Part shown: positions 19,276-28,940 of the stretch, in pieces | How the letters are laid out: the number at the start of each line of letters is the position of its first letter | Numbering within the stretch: position 1 is the stretch's first letter | Source: Bacteroidales bacterium | GTDB taxonomy: Bacteria; Bacteroidota; Bacteroidia; Bacteroidales; UBA3824 | DNA length: 64,000 nucleotides | Reading direction: 5' to 3' | Assembly: GCA_017417315.1 (NCBI GenBank) | Contig: JAFPZK010000075.1 | Coordinates: 2,582 to 66,581 of the forward strand | Notes under the pieces: model-generated | Told to the model about the DNA's origin: nothing | Database searches by the model: none | The model's input: only the letters and a program-made list of their open reading frames with translations | Program-made: the position numbers and the translations under genes

Positions 19276-19308
19276 AAAGAGCCCACACTTTATTGTCGGC
19301 TCTTTTTG
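19276..19308 (+). terminator. Intrinsic terminator after the basic micro-ORF
   Basis: AGAGCC ... GGCTCT stem followed by TTTTT. Confidence 0.6.
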
Positions 19309-19362
19309 GTATTCTTTCTTTAAAAAAAGAAAAATAATCAAAAAAAATTCTTTTGTATTCAA

Positions 19363-20922
19363 GTGAACAACGATTTAGTGATTAATGCAACTGAGTCGGA
19401 AATCATACTTGCACTGCTTGAAGACAGCAAGTTAGTAGAAATACACAAGGAGAAGAGAAACCGGCATTTTTGTGTCGGGGACATTTATTTAGGAAAAGTC
19501 AAGAAAATAATGCCCGCCTTAAACGCGGCTTTTGTGGACGTCGGTTATGAAAAAGATGCGTTTCTGCATTATCAGGATTTAGGACCGCAATTTTCGACAC
19601 TTCACAAATACGTACAGACGGCAATTGACAACCCGAAAAATTCCAAACCTCTTCAAAACATCACTCTGATGCCCGAAATTAACAAAAAGGGCAAAATCAA
19701 CGAACAACTATCTTCGGGTCAAAGAGTTGTTGTTCAGATAAGTAAAGAACCCATATCGACCAAAGGTCCGAGACTTACTTCCGAAATTTCCATTGCCGGA
19801 AGAAATTTGGTACTTTTACCTTTTTCTGACAAAGTATCAGTGTCTCAGAAGATTAAGTCGAAGGAAGAAAGGGAAAGACTAAGGCAGTTGATTCAGTCGA
19901 TAAAACCGAAAAACTACGGCATAATCGTCAGAACCGAAGCACAAAACCGCCGTGTCGCCGTACTCGATATGGAAATAAAATCTTTGGTGGAAAGATGGGA
20001 AAATGCTTGCAACATGATGGCACAGGGGGTGCCGCCGAAACTTCTTGCAGGCGAACTTGACGCAACTTCCACTATTTTGCGCGATACGCTCAACGACTCT
20101 TTTAACAGTATAGTCGTAAACGATGTTGCAATATATCACGAAGTTAAGACATTTATTTGCAATATTGCTCCCGAAAAGGAAAAAATAGTCAAACTCGACA
20201 CCGAACAAGTTTCGGTTTTTGACAGATATTTCAATATCAACAAACAGATAAAAACGCTTTTCGGAAGAACGGTAACTTTTAAAAACGGTGCATACCTTAT
20301 AATGGAACACACCGAAGCACTCTTTGTGATAGACGTCAACAGCGGTAACAGAGCCTCTAACGTGGATCAGGAGGCAAATGCGCTTGAAGTTAATCTTGCG
20401 GCAGCCGACGAAATTGCAAGACAATTACGTTTGAGGGACATCGGCGGAATCATCGTGGTAGATTTTATCGATATGCACAAAAACGAGAACAAAAAGGCTC
20501 TCTACGATAAAATGCGCGAAGTAATGTCGCCGGACAAAACAAAACATAACATACTGCCCCTTAGTAAGTTTTGCCTAATGCAAATAACAAGGCAGAGAGT
20601 AAGGCCGGAAATGAAAATGTCAACGGAAGAAACTTGTCCTTACTGCTCAGGCACTGGAAAAATAACTTCGACACTGCTTCTTGAAGACGAAATCGAAGAT
20701 ACTTTAAAGAATATTTTGACCCAAAACGATAATATTGAAAAAAAGTTGATTCTCAGAGTTAGTCCCATTGTGGCTGCGTACCTGAAAAAAGGAATTTTCT
20801 CACTGCGCATGAAATGGATGTTAAAATATAAAGTCAGAATAAAAATTTTTGCCGACTCAGACTACGGCTTTATAAAATACGACTTTTGCGATGCGGACGG
20901 AACACCTCTGAACAATTACTAA
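19363..20922 (+). CDS. rng: Ribonuclease G/E family (Rng/CafA-like)
   Basis: 519 aa, GTG start. S1 domain (GDIYLGKVKKIMPALNAAFVDVG), DVNSG catalytic region, CPYCSGTG zinc-link-like motif. Confidence 0.85.
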   Translation: MNNDLVINATESEIILALLEDSKLVEIHKEKRNRHFCVGDIYLGKVKKIMPALNAAFVDVGYEKDAFLHYQDLGPQFSTLHKYVQTAIDNPKNSKPLQNITLMPEINKKGKINEQLSSGQRVVVQISKEPISTKGPRLTSEISIAGRNLVLLPFSDKVSVSQKIKSKEERERLRQLIQSIKPKNYGIIVRTEAQNRRVAVLDMEIKSLVERWENACNMMAQGVPPKLLAGELDATSTILRDTLNDSFNSIVVNDVAIYHEVKTFICNIAPEKEKIVKLDTEQVSVFDRYFNINKQIKTLFGRTVTFKNGAYLIMEHTEALFVIDVNSGNRASNVDQEANALEVNLAAADEIARQLRLRDIGGIIVVDFIDMHKNENKKALYDKMREVMSPDKTKHNILPLSKFCLMQITRQRVRPEMKMSTEETCPYCSGTGKITSTLLLEDEIEDTLKNILTQNDNIEKKLILRVSPIVAAYLKKGIFSLRMKWMLKYKVRIKIFADSDYGFIKYDFCDADGTPLNNY

Positions 20923-20925
20923 AAA

Positions 20926-20955
20926 AAGACCGCTTTTTAGGCGGTCTTTTTTTTG
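20926..20955 (+). terminator. Intrinsic terminator after rng
   Basis: AAGACCGC TTTTTAG GCGGTCTT followed by a T-run. Confidence 0.7.
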
Positions 20956-21004
20956 CTCCTTACAAAAAAAATTGCTAAAATTGCACTTGAAAATACTCTA
21001 AAAT

Positions 21005-21556
21005 ATGAATACCGAGCAAGAGTTTAAAAATCAAATAGTTAAATGCAAAGAGACTTTCTTAAAAAAAGCCTCTGACTACGGGACGGCGTGGCGTATTATG
21101 CGTCCGGAGTCCGTTACCGACCAAATTTTTATAAAGGCAAACCGTATACGCGGACTTCAAACCAACACAGAACATCTGATTGATGAAGGCGAAGAACCCG
21201 AATTTATCGGAATCGTAAACTACGCCGTTATGGGACTGATACAGTTGGAGTTAGGCTTTGCTGACACTGCCGATTTGGACGTTAAGGCGGCGGAAAATTT
21301 TTACGACAAATACACCTCACTCGCCTTAGACCTTATGCTGAAAAAAAATCACGATTACGGCGAAGCTTGGAGACAAATGCGGATTTCAAGCATTACGGAT
21401 TTGATTTTGATGAAATTGTACAGAATTAAACAAATCGAAGACCACAACGGCAAAACTTCCGTTTCGGAAGGCATTGATGCAGGATACTTCGACATTATAA
21501 ATTATTCAGTGTTTAACTTAATAAAAATAGAAAATGAAAAATCAGGAACACATTAA
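21005..21556 (+). CDS. DUF1599-like protein (two internal repeats)
   Basis: 183 aa with a duplicated module (YGTAWRIMR.../YGEAWRQMR...), typical of the Bacteroidota DUF1599 family. Confidence 0.65.
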   Translation: MNTEQEFKNQIVKCKETFLKKASDYGTAWRIMRPESVTDQIFIKANRIRGLQTNTEHLIDEGEEPEFIGIVNYAVMGLIQLELGFADTADLDVKAAENFYDKYTSLALDLMLKKNHDYGEAWRQMRISSITDLILMKLYRIKQIEDHNGKTSVSEGIDAGYFDIINYSVFNLIKIENEKSGTH

Positions 21557-22676
21557 ACCCGCTTCACGCACAAACAAACTGTTGATATTTCTTTTCAGAG
21601 TAATTGTAGGTGCTGTTTTTGCGTTTTCGGGCTTTGTCAAGGCTGTTGACCCGCTTGGCTCGTGCTACAAATTCACCGATTATTTTACGTTAGCATTTGA
21701 TATGCCGTCGCTTTCGGCATTTTCGTTGCCGTTGGCATTTATACTTGCCGCCTTGGAATTTACGACAGGTATAATGTTGATTTTCAACTTAAAACCGAGA
21801 TGGGCAGTATGGCTTTCATTTGCGTTTATGATTGTCTTTTTGCCGCTGACACTGTACATCGCATTAGAAAATCCCGTCCATGACTGCGGCTGTTTCGGCG
21901 ACGCACTTGTTATCGACAACTGGACTACTTTTGCTAAAAACGTAGTGCTGACGATTTTGATTTTGTATCTTGTCTTCAACCGCAAAAAAATGGACAATCC
22001 GCTTTCTGACAACGTTGAACTCGGAATTTCGGTTGCAGTATTTTTGATAGCGATTGTTTTTCAACATTTTATGATAAGACACCTTCCGATTTTCGACTTC
22101 CGTCCATACAAAATCGGAAATAATATCGCCGAAAAAATGGCAATTCCCGAAGGCGCAAAACGCGACGTTTACGAAACAAAACTCGTCTATAAAAACAGCG
22201 TAACCGGCGAAGTTAAAGAATTTTCTTCGGATAATTATCCGTGGCAAGACTCTACTTGGGTTTGGCAAGACACAAAATCTGTTCTCATCGAAAAAGGTTA
22301 TCAACCTGAAATTCACGACTTTACAATTCAGGATTCGACGGGTGTTGACCACACCGAACAAGTTTTGAATTACGAAAAACCGCTACTTTTGGTCATCACC
22401 CATAAACTCGAAAAAAGCGATGAAGACGGTCTTGACATGTTAAGACACCTTCAAAACTACGCCTTGAAAAACGACTTTTTGATTATCGGTCTTACAAGCA
22501 GCAACTGGGACGAAATTTCGAGGGTAAAAAGTGAATTTTCAGTTGATTTTCCGTTCTTCCAAACCGATGACATAACCTTGAAAACAATTGTCAGGGCTAA
22601 TCCGGGAATCGTAAAACTTGAAAAAGGAACGGTTACGGGAAAATGGAATTTCAGAGATTTCAGACTTGATAAATAG
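21534..22676 (+). CDS. DoxX/MauE-like membrane domain fused to a thioredoxin-like domain (BT_3928-type)
   Basis: Four N-terminal TM helices with a DCGCFG motif. C-terminal soluble redoxin-like domain. Confidence 0.6.
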   Translation: MKNQEHIKPASRTNKLLIFLFRVIVGAVFAFSGFVKAVDPLGSCYKFTDYFTLAFDMPSLSAFSLPLAFILAALEFTTGIMLIFNLKPRWAVWLSFAFMIVFLPLTLYIALENPVHDCGCFGDALVIDNWTTFAKNVVLTILILYLVFNRKKMDNPLSDNVELGISVAVFLIAIVFQHFMIRHLPIFDFRPYKIGNNIAEKMAIPEGAKRDVYETKLVYKNSVTGEVKEFSSDNYPWQDSTWVWQDTKSVLIEKGYQPEIHDFTIQDSTGVDHTEQVLNYEKPLLLVITHKLEKSDEDGLDMLRHLQNYALKNDFLIIGLTSSNWDEISRVKSEFSVDFPFFQTDDITLKTIVRANPGIVKLEKGTVTGKWNFRDFRLDK

Positions 22677-22688
22677 GTTTAGGAAAAA

Positions 22689-23534
22689 ATGGGATTTCTT
22701 GATTTCGGTTTTATAGACTTAGTTGACATACTTTTGAGTGCCTATCTGCTTTACATTCTGTACGTAAAGTTGAAAAACACCGCCGCTATGAACATACTTG
22801 CGGGCATTTTAATCGTGTATGTTCTGTGGATGGTTGTCAAGGCACTTGACATGTCGCTTATGAATACTATAATGGACAGGGTTGCAAGCGTGGGAGTTCT
22901 CGCGCTTGTAATCGTGTTTCAGCAGGAAATCAGGAAATTTCTTCTTGATATGGGAAATGCGAAAACGTTCAAAAAACTGTTTTCGTTGGAGAGAATTTTT
23001 CAAAAAGTCATAAAAAAATCCACCGAAGAATTAAATATTCCCGAAATTGTAAATGCTTGTACGCAGTTTGCAAAGGATTACACGGGAGCGTTGATGGTTT
23101 TTCCGAATCATTCGGATTTGAGTTCGGTGATTGCAACGGGCGAAAAACTAAATTGCGCAATCACGGCGCGGCTTTTGGGTTCGTTGTTTTTCAAAAATTC
23201 ACCGCTCCACGACGGGGCGGTGATAATCGAACAAGGTAAAATTTGTGCGGCAAAATGTATATTGCCTTTAACAGAAAACCCTAACGTCCCCGCGAACATC
23301 GGCACAAGACACCGCAGCGCAATCGGTATGAGTGAAGTGTCTGATTCTTTGGTAGTTGTGGTTTCGGAAGAAAGGGGTGAAATTTCGTATTGCGAATACG
23401 GCAGCATTTGTCAGGACGTAACGCCACAGCAACTTGCCGACAAACTGAAAGAGCGTTTTGCCGTAACGGAAGACCGCACGGCAGTTTCACGGCGCAACAT
23501 CGTGGTCAAAATGCTGAATATCTTAAAAGGTTGA
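22689..23534 (+). CDS. cdaA: Diadenylate cyclase (c-di-AMP synthase) CdaA
   Basis: Three N-terminal TM helices. DisA_N motifs DGAVII and GTRHRSAIGMSE. Confidence 0.9.
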   Translation: MGFLDFGFIDLVDILLSAYLLYILYVKLKNTAAMNILAGILIVYVLWMVVKALDMSLMNTIMDRVASVGVLALVIVFQQEIRKFLLDMGNAKTFKKLFSLERIFQKVIKKSTEELNIPEIVNACTQFAKDYTGALMVFPNHSDLSSVIATGEKLNCAITARLLGSLFFKNSPLHDGAVIIEQGKICAAKCILPLTENPNVPANIGTRHRSAIGMSEVSDSLVVVVSEERGEISYCEYGSICQDVTPQQLADKLKERFAVTEDRTAVSRRNIVVKMLNILKG

Positions 23535-24368
23535 TTTTACAAAACGGTCTTTTCCGTAAAAATCCTTTACAACTTCGACATTTTTAAAACCGTAACTTTC
23601 AACTAATTGTGCTGTTTCTTTGCCGAAGTTTTCATTGATTTCAAAGAAAAGTTTACCCCCTGAATTTAAATGCTCAGCAGCAAATTCCGAAATCTTTCTA
23701 TAAAACTTCAAAGCATCATCGTCAGGAACAAACAACGCCGTAAAAGGCTCGTAATCAAGCACATTTTTCTTCATCAAAAGTTTTTCGCTCTCGGTAACGT
23801 AAGGCGGATTCGACAAAATAACGTCAAATTTTTGCGAAGTTTTAAACTCAAAAATATCCGCTAAAAACACCTCTAAATTTTTTACGCCGTATTTTTCGAT
23901 GTTTTTTTGACAAACTTCCAGCGCGGAGTCCGAAATATCGCAACCGTAAAACTTTTTGTAATGATGCCGCAAAGCCAAATAAATGGAAATGCAACCGCTG
24001 CCGAAACCGACTTCAAAAGCCGAAGACTTATTTCGCATTTCTTCTGAAACCATTAACGCAAATTCTTCGGTTTCAGGACGCGGAATCAAAACAGAACTCT
24101 CCGTAAAAAGTTCTAAATCAAGAAATTGCGCACGATTAAAAATGTATTCAAGCGGCTCTGATTTTTTTATTCTCTCTAATACGGTGTTTAATTTTTCCGA
24201 TGAAAAACCCTCTATTTTTCTATCAGGATACGTTAAAACCTCCGTCAAAGATATATTATAAAGGTAAAGAAAAATTTTCACGGCAACGGCTTTGGCAGCG
24301 TTTTCGTCGCCGTCATAAACCTTAGTCAAGTTGGCTCTAAGCGTATAAAAAAGTTCTGAATTTTTCAT
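23523..24368 (-). CDS. prmC: Release-factor glutamine N5-methyltransferase
   Basis: 281 aa. SAM-binding GFGSGCI motif and NPPY motif. Confidence 0.85.
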   Translation of the reverse strand: MKNSELFYTLRANLTKVYDGDENAAKAVAVKIFLYLYNISLTEVLTYPDRKIEGFSSEKLNTVLERIKKSEPLEYIFNRAQFLDLELFTESSVLIPRPETEEFALMVSEEMRNKSSAFEVGFGSGCISIYLALRHHYKKFYGCDISDSALEVCQKNIEKYGVKNLEVFLADIFEFKTSQKFDVILSNPPYVTESEKLLMKKNVLDYEPFTALFVPDDDALKFYRKISEFAAEHLNSGGKLFFEINENFGKETAQLVESYGFKNVEVVKDFYGKDRFVKSTF

Positions 24369-24414
24369 AACGCAAAATTATTAATATTTTTTTGATATTT
24401 CGGCGAAAAAAACT

Positions 24415-24422
24415 TATATTTG
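24415..24422 (+). promoter_or_regulatory. -7 box TATATTTG
   Basis: 23 nt upstream of ATG 24446. Confidence 0.45.
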
Positions 24423-24445
24423 CACGTTAAAATTTTAAGGTTATT

Positions 24446-24682
24446 ATGGAAACACAGTTATTTACAGTGTTTAACGGTCTTCCGATAGACGTAAACTTTA
24501 TCAGAAAACATTTAGAAAAAAACGGTATCAAATGTTTTGTCAACAACAAACACGCTGATAATCAGAAGAATAAATGGTCAGAACCGAGTTTTGACCCTAC
24601 CGTCAGCATAGAAGTTGAAACACAAAACGCTGAAACCGCACTAAAACTTATTGACGTTTTCCTCAAAACCAAAGCAGAATAA
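24446..24682 (+). CDS. Small DUF2007-like protein
   Basis: 78 aa. Beta-alpha-beta pattern resembling the putative signal-transducing DUF2007 family. Directly upstream of der. Confidence 0.5.
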   Translation: METQLFTVFNGLPIDVNFIRKHLEKNGIKCFVNNKHADNQKNKWSEPSFDPTVSIEVETQNAETALKLIDVFLKTKAE

Positions 24683-24689
24683 TTTTTTT

Positions 24690-25997
24690 ATGAGCAACAT
24701 AGTAGCAATAGTAGGTTGCCCGAATGTCGGCAAATCTACACTTTTCAACCGTCTGACCGGCTCGCGTGAGGCGATAGTTCATGAAACGGCAGGCGTTACC
24801 CGCGACCGTCATTACGGAAAATCCGACTGGAACGGCAAAGAATTTTCCGTCATTGACACAGGCGGTTACGTGAATAATTCGGACGATATTTTTGAAAACG
24901 AAATTCAAAAACAGGTTCACCTCGCAATCGAAGAGGCGGACGTAATTATTTTTATGGTTGACGCACAACTCGGCGTAACAAGCGGCGACGAAGTCATCAC
25001 GGAGATTCTCCGCCGCAGCGAAAAGCCTGTGTTCTTGGCAGTTAACAAAACAGACAATCCCGATTTGGTATTGGAAAGCAACGCTTTTTATTCACTCGGC
25101 TTGGGTGATATTTACACGATTTGCGCCGCAACCGGTTCGGGAACGGGCGAATTGTTGGACGCCGTTGTCAAAGACTTCAAAGAAGAGGTTGTTGACGACG
25201 AAGCAGGAATCCCGAAAATCGCCGTCGTAGGCCGTCCTAACGTTGGTAAATCATCGTTAATCAATGCGTTAACCGGCAGCGAAAGAAACATCGTAACGCC
25301 GATTGCAGGCACAACACGCGACACGATTAACACCCGTTACAACAAGTTCGGACACGATTTTATCCTCGTTGATACGGCAGGACTTAGAAAAAAATCAAAA
25401 GTTTCGGAAAACATTGAGTTCTACTCGGTTCTCCGTTCTGTCCGCGCTATTGAGGAGGCTGACGTTTGTATTTTGATGTTGGACGCAACGCAAGGTCTTG
25501 AAGCACAGGACATGAACGTTTTCCGTCTTATCAAAGAAAACAACAAAGGCTTGGTGGTTTGCGTTAACAAGTGGGATTTGATGGACAAAAGCGAAAACAA
25601 TTCTACTAAACGTTACGAAGAATACGTAAAAAAAGGTCTCGAACCTTTTGACGATATTCCGGTTGTTTTTACCTCAACGGTCAGCAAGCAAAGAATTTTG
25701 AAAGCGATGGAAGAGGCAGTTCACGTTTACGAAAACCGCAGCCGCAAGATTTCGACGGGACAACTTAACCGTCTGATTCAGCAGTACGTGGAAGAAACTC
25801 CGCCGCCGGCATGGAAAGGCAAATTCATCAAGATAAAATATGCGACCCAGTTGCCGACGTTTTATCCGACGTTTGCGCTTTTCTGCAATTTGCCGCAATA
25901 TATCCGCGACCCTTACAAGCGTTACATCGAAAACCGTCTCAGAAAGGATATTGATTTTTGCGGCGTGCCGATTAAAATATTTTTCAGAAAAAAGTAA
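24690..25997 (+). CDS. der: Ribosome-biogenesis GTPase Der (EngA)
   Basis: Two GTPase domains (GCPNVGKST and GRPNVGKSS; DTGG and DTAG) plus a KH-like C-terminus. ATG 24690. Confidence 0.95.
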   Translation: MSNIVAIVGCPNVGKSTLFNRLTGSREAIVHETAGVTRDRHYGKSDWNGKEFSVIDTGGYVNNSDDIFENEIQKQVHLAIEEADVIIFMVDAQLGVTSGDEVITEILRRSEKPVFLAVNKTDNPDLVLESNAFYSLGLGDIYTICAATGSGTGELLDAVVKDFKEEVVDDEAGIPKIAVVGRPNVGKSSLINALTGSERNIVTPIAGTTRDTINTRYNKFGHDFILVDTAGLRKKSKVSENIEFYSVLRSVRAIEEADVCILMLDATQGLEAQDMNVFRLIKENNKGLVVCVNKWDLMDKSENNSTKRYEEYVKKGLEPFDDIPVVFTSTVSKQRILKAMEEAVHVYENRSRKISTGQLNRLIQQYVEETPPPAWKGKFIKIKYATQLPTFYPTFALFCNLPQYIRDPYKRYIENRLRKDIDFCGVPIKIFFRKK

Positions 25998-26017
25998 AAT
26001 TTTTGCAGAAATTATTT

Positions 26018-26025
26018 TAAATTTG
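26018..26025 (+). promoter_or_regulatory. -7 box TAAATTTG
   Basis: 22 nt upstream of ATG 26048 of the small antitoxin-like ORF. Confidence 0.45.
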
Positions 26026-26047
26026 CAAGTGGTTAAAATTATAAACT

Positions 26048-26209
26048 ATGGAAACAAAAAAGTTTAAAACCAGAAGGGAACAGGTTGATTACTACGCTCA
26101 GTTAAGGGGGTGGAAACCTTTGACAGAAAAGGAAAAGGCGGAACTTGACGATGCCATAAGATTGATTACAAATCTTAAAGATAAGCCTCACAATGAGATA
26201 CTTAATTGA
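26048..26209 (+). CDS. 53-aa putative antitoxin (absent from the ORF track)
   Basis: METKKFKTRREQVDYYAQLRGWKPLTEKEKAELDDAIRLITNLKDKPHNEILN. Overlaps the PIN gene start by 17 nt and has its own -7 box. Confidence 0.5.
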   Translation: METKKFKTRREQVDYYAQLRGWKPLTEKEKAELDDAIRLITNLKDKPHNEILN

Positions 26210-26609
26210 TACACACATATTTATCTGGTATGCAAAAGAGCCTGAAAATTTATCGGGCAATGTAAAGACGATACTTGATGATTATGAAAATCAGATTTAT
26301 CTCAGTAGCGAATCTTTAAGGGAGTTTATATTGTTATGGAACAATAAACCCCATATCCGCCGTTGGTGGCAATCACCTATTGATATGATAAACTCAGTAG
26401 ATGAGTTCGGTTTTAAAATAATGTACATTCATAAAGAACATTATGAAACTTACGCCCGTTTACAGATAAACGAGGGTCAGGAGCATTATGACCCGAGCGA
26501 CCATCTGATTATTTCCCACGCCATCTGTAACGGTATTCCGCTTATTTCTGATGATAGGAAATTCCCGTTTTACCGAAATCAAGGGCTGGAATTAATAGAA
26601 AACGATTAA
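26193..26609 (+). CDS. PIN-domain toxin (VapC-like)
   Basis: 138 aa. MRYLIDTHIFIW start, conserved acidic residues (D6, E..., D at ISDD). Confidence 0.8.
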   Translation: MRYLIDTHIFIWYAKEPENLSGNVKTILDDYENQIYLSSESLREFILLWNNKPHIRRWWQSPIDMINSVDEFGFKIMYIHKEHYETYARLQINEGQEHYDPSDHLIISHAICNGIPLISDDRKFPFYRNQGLELIEND

Positions 26610-26615
26610 TTGACA

Positions 26616-27194
26616 ATGAAAAAAACATTATTTATAATATTTTTAATTTCAACGCTTTACGCTTGCAGCAAATTGGAAACTTATTCCGAATTGCCGAGCG
26701 TAGAGTTCAAACAGGTTTACCTTGCCGATACCGTTGACGCCTTGGGCAACGACGTAAAACTGCAAAACGTAACCCTCGAAGTAATTGACGGCGACGGAAA
26801 TCTCGGTCTTAACGACGCAGATACGGTTGATGATTTCAACGCTAAATCGCTCTATTACAATAACCTTTTCATTACGATTTCTGAAAAACAAAACGGCAGT
26901 TATGTCGAATTACAAAAATTGTCAGAAAACTTAAAGTACAGAATACCTTACAAAGCACCTATCGGTCAGAACAAATATCTGAAAGCCGAAGTGAGGGTAA
27001 AAATCGAAATTCCGCTCGGATATTTTGATTATGACACCATAAGGTATGAGTTTTTCGTTTATGACCGCGACTTGAACAAAAGCGAAATCGCAGTAAGTTG
27101 CGACATTCCGGCACGCGAACACGGAACGGTTTTCGCCGGCGGAAAATACTCGTTTTTTGAGGAAGAAGAAGAGGATGCAGAAAATAAAGAATAA
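26616..27194 (+). CDS. Lipoprotein, unknown function, acidic C-terminal tail
   Basis: MKKTLFIIFLISTLYAC lipobox. C-terminal EEEEEDAENKE. Confidence 0.55.
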   Translation: MKKTLFIIFLISTLYACSKLETYSELPSVEFKQVYLADTVDALGNDVKLQNVTLEVIDGDGNLGLNDADTVDDFNAKSLYYNNLFITISEKQNGSYVELQKLSENLKYRIPYKAPIGQNKYLKAEVRVKIEIPLGYFDYDTIRYEFFVYDRDLNKSEIAVSCDIPAREHGTVFAGGKYSFFEEEEEDAENKE

Positions 27195-27221
27195 AATAAC
27201 AATTTTAATAAACATAAAGAG

Positions 27222-28862
27222 ATGAACAAAAGTCCTTTACAAATTGCAAGGGCTGCTTATCAGCCCAAAATGCCCGCATCAATCGAAAATGGTGCAAAAT
27301 TAGTTGAAGGTAAGGCAACTGAATCGGTTGCAGACCAAGCAGACATCAAAAAACTTTTCCCGAACACTTACGGTTTGCCTATAGTAACGTTTGAAAAAGC
27401 AGATCAGGCTATGGCTGCAAAAGCATTGAACGTAGGCGTTATCCTTTCGGGCGGTCAGGCTCCCGGCGGACACAACGTTATTTCAGGTATTTTTGACGGT
27501 ATCAAAGCCATCAACAAAGACTCAAAACTTTACGGTTTCTTAGGCGGTCCTTCGGGTCTTGTTGACCACAAATACATCGAACTTACCTCTGATATTATCG
27601 ACGAATACAGAAATACCGGCGGTTTCGACATCATCGGTTCAGGCAGAACCAAACTTGAAGAAATTTCTCAGTTCGACAAAGGTCTTGAAATCTGCAAAAA
27701 ATTGAATATCAACGCTATCGTTATCATCGGCGGCGACGATTCAAACACAAACGCTTGCGTTTTGGCTGAATATTACAAGGCTAAAAACACCGGCATTCAG
27801 GTTATCGGCTGTCCGAAAACCATCGACGGCGACCTCAAAAACGAAATGATTGAAACTTCATTCGGTTTTGACACAGCAACAAAAGTTTATTCTGAGGTTA
27901 TCGGCAACATCGAACGTGATGCTAACTCTGCTAAAAAATACTGGCACTTCATCAAATTGATGGGTCGTTCAGCAAGCCACGTTACTTTGGAATGTGCTTT
28001 GAAAACTCAACCGAACATCACCCTTATCGGCGAAGAGGTTGAGGCTAAAAATCAGACACTTGACGATGTTGTAACATACATTGCAAACGCTGTTAAAGCA
28101 CGTGCTGACAAAGGTTTAAACTTCGGGACTGTTCTCGTTCCCGAAGGCTTAATAGAATTTATCCCCGCAATCAAAAAACTTATCGCTGAACTTAACGATA
28201 TGTTGGCTGCTAATCAGGCTGAATTCGACAAGAAAACCGTTGACGAGAAAATCAAATTTATCGTTGACAACCTTTCAAAAGAGAACTCTGCATTGTTCTT
28301 GTCATTGCCGCAGGCTGTTTCAAAACAATTGGCTTTGGAGCGCGACCCGCACGGCAACGTTCAAGTTTCGCTCATCGAAACCGAACAACTTTTGGCAGAA
28401 ATGGTTGCTAAGAAATTGGCTGAATGGAAGAAAGAAGGCAAATTCAACGGCAAATTCTCAACACAACACCACTTCTTCGGTTATGAAGGTCGTTGCGCTG
28501 CTCCGTCAAACTTCGATGCTGACTACTGCTATTCACTCGGCCGCGTAGCCGCTTTGTTGATTAATTCGGGCAAAACAGGTTACATGTCATCGGTTCGTAA
28601 CACGACGAAACCCGCTTCTGAATGGCTCGCAGGCGGTATTCCTATCACCGCAATGATGAACATGGAAAAACGTAGCGGTAAAATGAAACCCGTTATTCAG
28701 AAAGCCTTGGTTAAACTTGACGGCGGACCTTTCAAATTCTTCGCTTCAAAACGTGATGAATGGGCTATCGAAACGGCATACGTTTATCCCGGACCTATTC
28801 AGTACTTCGGACCTTCTGAGGTTGCTGACATTACGACAGAAACTATTAAATTGGAACACTAA
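27222..28862 (+). CDS. pfp: Diphosphate--fructose-6-phosphate 1-phosphotransferase (PPi-PFK)
   Basis: 546 aa long-form [21 protein letters not shown] and PKTIDGD motifs. Confidence 0.9.
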   Translation: MNKSPLQIARAAYQPKMPASIENGAKLVEGKATESVADQADIKKLFPNTYGLPIVTFEKADQAMAAKALNVGVILSGGQAPGGHNVISGIFDGIKAINKDSKLYGFLGGPSGLVDHKYIELTSDIIDEYRNTGGFDIIGSGRTKLEEISQFDKGLEICKKLNINAIVIIGGDDSNTNACVLAEYYKAKNTGIQVIGCPKTIDGDLKNEMIETSFGFDTATKVYSEVIGNIERDANSAKKYWHFIKLMGRSASHVTLECALKTQPNITLIGEEVEAKNQTLDDVVTYIANAVKARADKGLNFGTVLVPEGLIEFIPAIKKLIAELNDMLAANQAEFDKKTVDEKIKFIVDNLSKENSALFLSLPQAVSKQLALERDPHGNVQVSLIETEQLLAEMVAKKLAEWKKEGKFNGKFSTQHHFFGYEGRCAAPSNFDADYCYSLGRVAALLINSGKTGYMSSVRNTTKPASEWLAGGIPITAMMNMEKRSGKMKPVIQKALVKLDGGPFKFFASKRDEWAIETAYVYPGPIQYFGPSEVADITTETIKLEH

Positions 28863-28887
28863 GAATTCTGTTCATTTCATTGTGATG

Positions 28888-28932
28888 ACAGCCGCAACGA
28901 CAAAGAAGTCTTGCGGCTGTTTGATTATTTTT
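28888..28932 (+). terminator. Hairpin terminator after pfp
   Basis: ACAGCCGCAA / TTGCGGCTGT 10-bp stem followed by a T-rich tract. Confidence 0.6.
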
Positions 28933-28940
28933 ACAAAAAC

